A DNA stretch of 64,000 bases. It comes from a virus. Lineage: Duplodnaviria; Caudoviricetes. The translations under genes and the position numbers were made by a program. This document shows positions 50,801 through 58,690 of this stretch, piece by piece (positions within the stretch are counted from its first letter, which is position 1; the number at the start of each line of letters is the position of its first letter). The notes beneath the pieces were generated by a model, which was given only the letters and a program-made list of their open reading frames with translations, was not told the origin of the DNA and did not search any database. Where the stretch lies: positions 1-64,000 of IMG/VR virus record IMGVR_UViG_3300012344_000018; one strand, written 5' to 3'.

Positions 50801-52061
50801 TAGTATTAACAGCTTCTTCTATGCCTTCAGTTAATTCTCCAGCTATAACTACTTTTTCTCCTTTAAGTCTATCTGTCAAATTATGTCTAGCTTTAGTCCA
50901 TTTAGAAAGGTTTTGTTGATACTTTTCAAATTCTTCAGCAGTTCTACCAACTCTAGCTTTTTGTTCTCTAAGAACTTTATTAAGAACTCCAGCATCTTCA
51001 CCAGACTTAATTCCTTTCCACATATTTCTAAGTCCATACATTTGAAGAATATCAAATCCAATATTCCAATAATTAAATTTAAAATCTTCATCAGCAGAAC
51101 GTTTAGCAATACGACGAGCAATAGCATCTTTATTAGATGAATCACCTCCAGCTTCTTCAACAAGTTGTTGATTTTTATTTATAAAATCAGCATATTCTTG
51201 CTCATTCATACTATTAAGTTTATTAGAAGCTTCATCATACATATCTTTATATACACCTTGAGCTTCTTGATAATTCTCCATAGTACGTTGAAGAAGAGCA
51301 TTAGTAGAAAGACTTGCAAGTCTTCCGACATTACTTTCTATTCCTCCACCTGTTGCAGCAACTATTCCTTTTTGAAAACCATTTAAAACTTTACCTTCAT
51401 CAATAGCCTTATTAACTCCAGATAAAGCTCTAAGACCTTTACGAGTTCTAGCTCCAACTTTAGCAAGTTTTCCAAGATAGCCAATACCTTTAGTAATACC
51501 AGTACTAGGAATAAGAAGAGTAAGACTACTCATAACACTAGGAAGATTACTAGCCCACCAACCAAAATTAGTAAGACCACCATGTAGTATATCAGCACGA
51601 GTTGGGTCACTATAAATAGGAGCAACATTATTATCAAAATAATGTTGCCATTCTTGAAGTTTATTACTTATAGGATTTTGATAATCTCCATCTGATTGAA
51701 GAAAACCATTAGTAATAGCATCAAATAAATCAGGAAACGATTTAAGAGTTCCAAGAACAGTTTGTGAAACAACAGCTTGAGCTAAAGAATTAAAACCTTT
51801 AGTCCAATTAGATTGAGCATCAGCTAATTCTTTATCTAGATTAGGAGAAACTCTATTAGGAGTAATACCATATCTTTCATATTTACTTGCTCCTTCAAAC
51901 ACAAAATTAGAAGGATTAGCTTTATAAAAAGTATCTGCCAATCCTCCTTGTTGAGGACTGGCACTAATTATAGTTTTAGGTTGTTTATTTTTCTTAGATT
52001 TACTCCAAAGAGGATTAAGAACTTCATAACCACCTTTATTTATAAATTGACTTGTATCCAT
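44871..52061 (-). CDS. large ejected/RNAP-associated virion protein with zincin-like (HExxH) domain
   Basis: 2396 aa; N-terminal Gly-rich hydrophobic helices, low-complexity linkers, LIHENLH...EEFIVE. Confidence 0.75.
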   Translation of the reverse strand: MDTSQFINKGGYEVLNPLWSKSKKNKQPKTIISASPQQGGLADTFYKANPSNFVFEGASKYERYGITPNRVSPNLDKELADAQSNWTKGFNSLAQAVVSQTVLGTLKSFPDLFDAITNGFLQSDGDYQNPISNKLQEWQHYFDNNVAPIYSDPTRADILHGGLTNFGWWASNLPSVMSSLTLLIPSTGITKGIGYLGKLAKVGARTRKGLRALSGVNKAIDEGKVLNGFQKGIVAATGGGIESNVGRLASLSTNALLQRTMENYQEAQGVYKDMYDEASNKLNSMNEQEYADFINKNQQLVEEAGGDSSNKDAIARRIAKRSADEDFKFNYWNIGFDILQMYGLRNMWKGIKSGEDAGVLNKVLREQKARVGRTAEEFEKYQQNLSKWTKARHNLTDRLKGEKVVIAGELTEGIEEAVNTIAQEEGMHVGKELLGEDVHSSFDNRLQKYLQSGAIYDSAFWGVMGGVVFQHLGSGFGRLQQTLEDRANAKPDSQTGESKKKSPFSISELGEIKSRREDMNSWSAITNRYIQRAQQIKDGKNPYSIGEDDKTLKGESDTSAAKQKADNDFITDMTLNAAHKGNLDYLKAFMSSDEVRKAMVNKGVINEAESKEHQQRLLVKIDNTIDSYTNNLSKLINLVDNNALNKAHKNDIVPIEYLQGIASNNVKYQQTIQALGLREQQYDKLIADAFSNEDIQKVLGNKYTPEQFRAAASHALISNTMAALYAGEERLMKNKLTLSDKVAIDNIDRTLKEYSEMLDDNEYRLTVAHMINSDFDENGQIVRNATNIGEEFDNIFKGKDVTGAEKQTDAQIVANFKAFAKKYKFNERLANFESTDNVLDQLNKHNISTTEINNLIVKADKVGLPSDTFSKLLVTRSDIELNRRYNQAQLVTNADTLSQELSFLQNTMNETRKKVIDNSYKLINELADKYNDEQNKSIQNAVDAYYVDNNDDFDAATSFMTTSEKSSFKEALDILHLNSGLNYRLGKQIQELLNMRNKIKDARNKAKDSEDKTIDDNTTKDDSVDTSTDTNGQDNTSNNQSSTKKDTEKHTESTESQSVDNSSSDNKQSNTKPANKQKTNVTQQKQEFTPKKSIDFKFDTDGNPTKANNVDNGYELIAGEDGTYEVTGTSITDDRFYTNTDIATNPEVQIVYNPYVKFDNEGNVVSFERGKLGTQADVDAYEKSLEEAEKQKEEQTQDNENTADSSTGGFSIETGSQTSNDQANQTEEETKPEEEPQTKPKEETKVEEKKGPTLEEQDEFKDRMSRKILNDVKSNPDLDLSVAKQEYIDEAVKLGFSEEEAKEMTDTWFKLPEKVQQMMKAKSKKFASIPDLIIMTADKALDRFNELTQQYNKVANDFLKEYASNVNLPLRNGKYYGRLEDILRYVENVTQGAESSDFIFDAIKNYLKTDEAKQLFVLTDENQVDRAGYLRDSHKTTYQRNIERITGNYLNQININNLSEVLDEDGIKAAEKELSLVQSGDELEVEIGNKGNKSTQVILYKHNGVTIGWQALSAVNPITGRNTRVADCWLHELDLTREENDGAAKTFFKQVLSREGDFATLDDIVYRAAFDKLTKEERKQLATAFATHPRIQQAVKAGILKINQEQGSTYDKALEGIAKIWRYNYEFKDDTDIFHEDLGSSIDNYYNKLRAEISAANMIADGEFRITVGMMSKGEVIRAKDKELKTDGTTRNTAEVAAPIATALSAGTEAYIGVGTNGYVLISGLGNQTYGTTGSSRNNQTYLCLPNTNGTIDYVAAYPITLRPMTYIHNGRETEIPRNQVLETLVESVIGQVQERLDNIKDINDWNDVRDLIANIYSFDKNGILAGIRVYYDNYGNVQLICDNGNKYTLFAKNKLGNVPNMIKVETSEGKRNVAFAEARLLLEDDIRENTRVNINSTLVAADNNRSMPIKNKFIHYDNEGFHINISAYNGNNAFNINTSSYNGFLIGNNLLRVDLAQENSSNYRRVAIRKQGGNQTLNIEIHDKLEQENPPVEELDESTPTDTLQADITNILNDKDIVSKGAAIAERLMSDQATQNYEALKNKVKGHKYSTVLDGLFPENITFDDEAIQAEKTKENGDPGVVAYFDPKTNSIVVGKDWLNIASNSNLGGGNRAARVLIHENLHKQINASRNKAKAKRQLKTIYDDFTQAIDADILDLAAGKFNEVNARHDNIFKDENHAKEFINHIAEYKFDKLLDKNKEDTAIEEFIVESLTSEGLIQYLNSVHVEGEHLNKGTKSIWQRIMEFINNIFGFDIADESLRAKEFNTLAKAFSNEKKTKSKSQEGTLNFKEDETEQTKIDNVVPQQESETEDIPKETLQSEEDEDKSEDNGLIDDNVDEVTEDEFDEDEDIDYSSVPDRSISSYSTVFDSITSLPLSEQAKFASLIEQGEVSITCR

Positions 52062-52067
52062 ATCTTT

Positions 52068-53996
52068 TTAATTATTAGAATCAAAATAACCAATACTATT
52101 AAGAATATAATTTCTAATAAGAGTATATTTATTCTTTAAATAGTCAAGTTCAAGAGAATTATCAAGACCTTGAGATTGAAGAAGTTTAGCTCTATCATAA
52201 GTTGCATTATATAATTCTTGTGCAGCACCGTTAGCCCAATTACTCACTTCAGCTTCAATATTAGTATTCTTTTTAAACTTGCCATCTTCATCAAAGAAAG
52301 TTTGATTTGCAGCATCAATAAAGTCTGTAAGTATCTCAGCACGATTAATCATATCTTGAGCTTTAGCTTTATCTACAAATGTTTTTGTTCCATCTTTATG
52401 AAGAAGATAAGCTTGTGAAGCTCCTGGGTCAATTCCTAATTCTCCTCCTTCACTATCTCCTAAAGCAGGTATAGTATATCTATAACCATAATATTCCATA
52501 CCATTAAGTTCTTTAAGAGCACGCATTTTAGTATCTCGATTAAGACTTTCTTCTACAGAACCTTTAAATAGATTTTCTACAAATATTTTAATAGGTTTTC
52601 CTACAGGATTACCATCTTTATCTACTTTAGGCAAAATAGTAATTTCAGTACCACTCATGTTACCCATTATAGCAGCACTAAATTTCAATTTATTATTACC
52701 TATAGCTCCAGCAATAGCATCATTAAGAAGTTGTCTATTTTTAGTATCTAATTTCTTTTGAACTCCATCTTCATTATCATCATCTCCAAAATTAGTAGCA
52801 TAAACATTATATTGAGTCATATCAGCTGCTGAAAGAAGATTTTCATAATGGTCTTCAAGATTTTTCTTATAAATATTGTAAGATTGAGCATCAACCAACC
52901 CTCTACTAAAATCAGATTCAAGTCTAGCCATACTAGCTCCAAGACTACCAGCAACAGTAGTACTCATAGTCATATCTTTTTGTCTTTCTTCTTCTTTAGT
53001 AGTAAGTTCTTGATTAATGTCTTTAGTTCTTCTAAGAACATCTTCTATAGCTCCAAACTGTCCAGCTATATTATTTTTATCTACAACTGTTTCAAGTCCA
53101 ACACCTTTTATAATAGGAGCATAATCAGGATTAACAAAGTAATCATCACTTATACCTCTTTCACTAACTGTCATAGTTTGGTCACTTAAACCACTTCTCC
53201 ATTTCCAATAGTTATTCTTAGCATAAGCAATAGAACCAGTTTCATTTATATTCTGATTACCGTTATCTAATTTAATAAGTTTTCCATCTTTATCTACACC
53301 TGCAAGTTTAAATCTTTTTTCTCCTCTAACACCTTCTTGAATAGTTCTATTTCCACTACCAGGTAAATGGTTAGTATCGACATTATCTAAAGCCATCATA
53401 ATCTTATAAAGATTAGGATTATCTTTAGCAACAGTTATTCTAGTTTTACCATTAACTGTTTCTTGTTTAACTCCTAATTTATTAAAAGCTTGTATTCCTT
53501 TAGCATCATCAGAATAACCCATATTAGAGAGAAATTGTTGAAAACCACTAAAACCATAATCTTCATCTTTAGCAGCCCAATCAACATTTCCAGCTCCTTT
53601 TCCTCCAATCATATCTGCTATTTCAGAATAAATTGGAATACGTCCATATCTTTTAGTCTTAGCTGAATCAAATTCTATAGCAATAGATGTAGCATTATTT
53701 CCAAATAAATTATTAATACCATCTACATATTCTTTATAATATTTATTTTTAATATCTAGTGGAGTTCCATTATCCATTGCAGTTTTAAAAGCAAGAGCTT
53801 GTTTTTGGTCAGCTGTAGCACGATTCATCATACCATTATAAACTCTTCCTTTATTACGAAGTATTTTTATATTATCAAGCATTTTAGCTTGTTGATTCTT
53901 ATCTTTAAAATAAGATTTAGAAGCATAATTAGCTGCTCCTTCATAATCATTCTTATTAAGAAATTGATTATATGTTTCAAATTCAAATAAAGCCAT
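52068..53996 (-). CDS. putative virion cargo/ejection protein
   Basis: 642 aa between the cargo and RNAP genes. Confidence 0.65.
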   Translation of the reverse strand: MALFEFETYNQFLNKNDYEGAANYASKSYFKDKNQQAKMLDNIKILRNKGRVYNGMMNRATADQKQALAFKTAMDNGTPLDIKNKYYKEYVDGINNLFGNNATSIAIEFDSAKTKRYGRIPIYSEIADMIGGKGAGNVDWAAKDEDYGFSGFQQFLSNMGYSDDAKGIQAFNKLGVKQETVNGKTRITVAKDNPNLYKIMMALDNVDTNHLPGSGNRTIQEGVRGEKRFKLAGVDKDGKLIKLDNGNQNINETGSIAYAKNNYWKWRSGLSDQTMTVSERGISDDYFVNPDYAPIIKGVGLETVVDKNNIAGQFGAIEDVLRRTKDINQELTTKEEERQKDMTMSTTVAGSLGASMARLESDFSRGLVDAQSYNIYKKNLEDHYENLLSAADMTQYNVYATNFGDDDNEDGVQKKLDTKNRQLLNDAIAGAIGNNKLKFSAAIMGNMSGTEITILPKVDKDGNPVGKPIKIFVENLFKGSVEESLNRDTKMRALKELNGMEYYGYRYTIPALGDSEGGELGIDPGASQAYLLHKDGTKTFVDKAKAQDMINRAEILTDFIDAANQTFFDEDGKFKKNTNIEAEVSNWANGAAQELYNATYDRAKLLQSQGLDNSLELDYLKNKYTLIRNYILNSIGYFDSNN

Positions 53997-54000
53997 AATC

Positions 54001-55110
54001 TTATTTATTAATTAATTTTTTACCTTCAGGACCATAAACAGCATCATCAGAATTATTGCTTGGAGGATATGGACCTTTACCATCCATAGAACCTCCTTTA
54101 GTTCCACTGCCACTACCTTTAACATAATCATCTTTTCCAGTAATATCTGTTGAAGTAGAACCAGTTCTACTAAATGTAAAGTTTTTAATAAGACTAGGAT
54201 ATTTCTTAAATAAAATATCTACATAATTAGCTGTTATAATTCCTCTTTCATTAGTTATATTAGATTGATACATATTCTTTTGTTCTTCAAGTCTTTGTTT
54301 CTCTAAAGGATCTTGAGTATTAGCAATTTGAGTATCAATATCATCAAGAAGAATTTTATTAACTCTATATTCTTGTTCAAGACTAGCTTTCCATTTAGGG
54401 TCATTATTTATTACATCTACTAATTGAGATTTAACTTGACTATAAGAAAGAGCCATTCTACTAGAACCTCTAACTTTTTGAAAACTAGAACCAGTACCTT
54501 CAGAAGTAGTAGTATTATCACCAGTTGTTCTAGTAGATTCTTTACTACTAATACCAATCATAGATATAGCGTTCTTCATCATAGTAAGATTATCTACTTC
54601 TTCCACTGGTGTCCAACTAGCATTCCATTCAGTACCACCTACTATATTACCTTCATCATCATAAGTATCTTGATAATGATATTTATTAGAAATATTCCAA
54701 GCTTTCTTAGTTAATTTACTAATATTACCATCAGTATCAACTTCTTGTTTAGCTTTTTCGTATTGTTCATTTGCACGAATACGACCCATAACTTCAGGAG
54801 AAGAAACAGCTTTACCAGCTTCAAGTATAGCAGTATCTAAAGCATCACCATAATCTCCCATAGTAGCGGCATCATCTATTCGTTTTTGAATTTTTCTAGC
54901 ATAATCGTATTTCCATTTATCTTCAGCAGCATTAAGTTTAAGATTTCCTAAAGCTACATCAATAGCAGACTTTTGTTTAATAGCTTCATCATAACGCTGA
55001 TTACGAATATTAATCATATTCCAAAGTCCACTTAAATCTCTTTTTCCAAGTATTCTCTGTGGAACACTTCCACCTATTTGAATACCTTGATATTCTTGTT
55101 GTTTAGCCAT
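54001..55110 (-). CDS. putative virion cargo/ejection protein
   Basis: 369 aa, helical, Gly/Ser-rich tail. Confidence 0.65.
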   Translation of the reverse strand: MAKQQEYQGIQIGGSVPQRILGKRDLSGLWNMINIRNQRYDEAIKQKSAIDVALGNLKLNAAEDKWKYDYARKIQKRIDDAATMGDYGDALDTAILEAGKAVSSPEVMGRIRANEQYEKAKQEVDTDGNISKLTKKAWNISNKYHYQDTYDDEGNIVGGTEWNASWTPVEEVDNLTMMKNAISMIGISSKESTRTTGDNTTTSEGTGSSFQKVRGSSRMALSYSQVKSQLVDVINNDPKWKASLEQEYRVNKILLDDIDTQIANTQDPLEKQRLEEQKNMYQSNITNERGIITANYVDILFKKYPSLIKNFTFSRTGSTSTDITGKDDYVKGSGSGTKGGSMDGKGPYPPSNNSDDAVYGPEGKKLINK

Positions 55111-55139
55111 ATTATTAATATTTATATTATTAATAGAAC

Positions 55140-55185
55140 AAAAATAAATAATACTTCCAATAGTATCAATACTATCAGAAGTATT
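55140..55185 (-). terminator. hairpin with T-rich tail
   Basis: aatacttc...gaagtatt imperfect inverted repeat. Confidence 0.4.
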
Positions 55186-55199
55186 TAATTTATTTTATG

Positions 55200-58100
55200 T
55201 TATTCTATACCATATCGTCTTCTATCTCTTTGATTTAATCTTCCAAGTATAGCACCTTTAAGTTCATTATTATTTGTATTCTTGTATAAATTAGCAAGTA
55301 CTTCAGGGCTTAAATCATATCCTAAGCTAATAGCATTTTTAACAACAGAAGGATTATTAGCACTAGATATAGCAGCTATTTCATTTTGTCTGCTATCATA
55401 TCTATTTTCGACACTACTAGCAAAGTTATTCCAAGCTTGAGAAAGACCACTTAAATCAACACTTAATTGCCTAGCTCTAGATAATTCAGCTTCATTCTTA
55501 GCTTGAATTGCAGCATTTTTAATACTAGCAACATTTTGATAATATTGATTTCTAGCAGCAGCATTTCTTGCTCTAACTTGTTGTTCATTAGCAAGATTCT
55601 GATTTCTAAGTTCAACTTCTTTATTACTTTTTTCATCAAGAAGTTTATTAGTTTCCATCATAGCATCAGTATCAGTTTGTTGCATACGACTTAAAGCTCC
55701 TTGAGCACTAGCAGTATTACCGCTAATTAAATTACGACTATTAAGTCTATTACGTTCTACATTAGCACGCTGAGCTTCATTATGATAAGTAGTATCAAAA
55801 GATACTGGAGTCTCATCTACATAATTAGGTAAAGCATAATCAAAATTCAAGTTCTTATAAGCATTACGACTAAACAAGCTTCCACTAAGTGCAGATAAAG
55901 TATCAATACCTAAGCCAATATAATCTTGAGCAGCAGGTTTAAAAGAAGATTGACGACCTAAATAATTATAATCAGAAGGGTTAAAACTAGAATCACTATT
56001 AGCTGTATATTTAGGAATAGCTATAGGATTAAAATTAGGAATAGCTCTAGCAGTAAGGTCTATATTAGCAAAAGAGGGATATTTTCTTCTATTAGTTCCA
56101 TAAGAATAAATAGGAGCAAGCATACCATCTTCGGCTTTAGGTCTTCCTACGGGGGGGTTAGTAAAACCTCCTATTCTTTTAGCTATACGTCTAGCACCAA
56201 CTCTTCTATTTAAAGCTTCTTTCTTAGCATCAGTTTCTTTAGCAGTAGAATAATTTTGATATTTACCAGCACGATAAATAAAGTTACTTCTACCAGCAGC
56301 TCTAGCTGCATCAAATGCTTGATTAAAGTTTCCTACTTTAGAGTAATCAGCTTGACCCGTATAATTACCATTCTTATCGTAAATATAACCTACATTAGTT
56401 TTATGATTAATAATAGTATTGCCTCTACGAGTATATTTAACTCCATTAATAGTCTTAGTCTCTCCATCATGTAATTGATAATTACCTTTAGTTACATTAC
56501 CTGTATATTGAGGAGTAGTTTTTACTTGACGAGAAACTACTTTATTTTTTTCTCTAACTTTTTGCTTACTATCTTTTTTAGTTGATAATTGAGATATAAG
56601 TTTAGAATTTCTATAATTTATAGCATTATTTACAGCAAAATTTGCAGCATCAACCATAGATTGAGTTTTGTCTTTTAAAGAACGTTTATCTTCAGATTGT
56701 AATTGAGATATAAGCTTACTTCTATACATATTGTTAGCAAAATCTACACTTCTTCTACCAGAATCAACCATAGATTGAGTATTTCTTCTTAACTCATCAG
56801 CAGTCATATATTTAGTAGGTTTATTATTATTTTGCTTGCTACTTTCTTTTTTATTATCTCTATTACTAGGAAGTTGTCTTATAAGATAATTTTGATAAGC
56901 AAGATTTGCAGCATTCATTGCATTATCTATATCATCTTGATTAAATTTTGTAACTTGTTGTTTATCTTTTTCACTAGGTAATTGAGATATTAACCAATTA
57001 ATATAAGTATTAGTATAATCAGGTATATTAGTATTTGTATTTATACCTATATTAGTACCAATACTAGCTTTCTTTCTAAGTTCAGGATATTTATTATAAA
57101 CTTTAGTTCTAACATCACTTCTTCTATGAAGTCCAGCAAGTCTTAAAGCATCAACTGCATCAGCTCTAGTAGGAATAGGATAACTTCTATTACCTCCAGC
57201 AAAATCTTTAGATGCTACATTAGGATAAGGATGTTTAGAAGAACCACGGTCTTTAGAAGTTAAACCTCCACCAAGACTGTATTTGTTCTTAGATAAACGT
57301 AAATATCTATTATTTCCTAAAGGTTTATACACAGTCATGCGTTTAGTACTTATACCAGTATTTCCGTTATCATCAAATTTTTTCCAAATACCGCTACCTT
57401 TTTTAATAGCATTGGCAGGTAACGGTTCAGAATATCTTCCATGATGACCTACTTGCCATGTTGTATGTCTAGAAGGAGTGCTAATTATATACCTAGAATC
57501 TCCAATTCCAGCGCTAGTTGTTCCACTCCAAGGTTCGCCCATAGAAGCAGCTTTACCTCCATGAGAATTACCTCCAGCTTTACCAAAATTAAAACTTCTA
57601 CCGCTTTTGCTTTTTACAGTTTTAGTAGGAAGAGTAATATTGCCAGGAAGTTTTCTATATTGACCTATAGTTTTAGCATCTTGAACTTCTCGCATATTAG
57701 TAATGCGATATACTCTATTAGTAGGAAGCATATTCTTTGTAACTATTCCACTACGAACTTGTTTAAGATTTAAACCTCTGCTAATCATAGGAACAGTACC
57801 AGTAATTAAATTAGGATTTGTATTATTACCATAAGCATCAACATCACCTTTATAATAATCAATCATTTGTGCTATATTATAAAAAAGTCCTACAGGATTA
57901 AGGGATGTAATAAAACCTAAACCTTCATTAGCTTTTTGTTGAGCTTGTTCTTTAGTTTGAATATATCTTCTATTTCTATAACTGTCAGTACCAGGAATAC
58001 CTCCTTCAACTAAAGTACTATTTGGATTTTTACTAACTCTTTTAGCTTTAGTTACAGTACCACCAGGTCTATATTTATTACTACCATCATCATTAAGACC

Positions 58101-58689
58101 ATTATTTCTCTTAAAGCTTTGTTGAGCAGCAAATACTTTGTCTTTGTTATATCCTCTCATTACAGCTTGAGCAGGACTTATTCCACCAAGAATAGGTTGA
58201 GCTGAATATATACGTAAAGTTGCCCTTACGTTGAGCAACTTCACCACCTTCAGCTTCGATTTCATTACCGCCAACATTAATACCTATGCCAGTTTGACCA
58301 GTTTCATTTATATCCTCATGAGAACCCCCCCGTAGAAGAAATGTGTTGTTTCCAATCTTCCTAGCACTACCACCATCAGTAATAGCAATATTTCTACTAC
58401 CAAGTCTTTTAGTACCACCTATACGATATTTAAGATTATAATCTTTATCGTCGTAACTAGTTTCAGCATTAGCATAGTTATTAAGTGTACTAGCTAATTG
58501 ATTTTGATTACTAATATCAAGTTGTTGTTGAGCAAGTCTTTGTTGCTCTTCTAAAGCACGTCTTTGAGCTTTAGCTTGTTGACTACTAGTAATAAGACCT
58601 CCAACAAAATTAATTGCAGCAGGAATAAGAGAACCCCAAAATGCTTGAGGTCTCTTATTAGTTTGTTGTCTTTTTAATCGATATACCAT
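55200..58689 (-). CDS. multidomain cargo/ejection protein, apparently one gene frameshifted near 58220
   Basis: ORF 58147-58689 (...GGEVAQRKGN) continues in another frame as LRIYSAQPILGG... in ORF 55200-58277, whose annotated N-terminus looks like out-of-frame sequence. Confidence 0.65.
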
Positions 58690-58690
58690 A

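Larger units (their letters stand above)
2082..58339. repeat. dispersed 15-bp GC-rich motif CC[CG][CG]CCC-GTA-RRRRR, 16 copies
   Basis: Copies at 2082(+), 4829(-), 9170(-), 12889(+), 17662(-), 20484(+), 22636(-), 27914(-), 27998(+), 30859(-), 38099(-), 41625(+), 46078(-), 48435(+), 56143(-), 58325(+). Confidence 0.9.

Noticed and set aside
2082-58339. The GC motif as a CRISPR repeat, IS end or protein-level repeat
   Set aside because: Copies are kilobases apart, have no transposase or target duplications, and are read in different frames and strands
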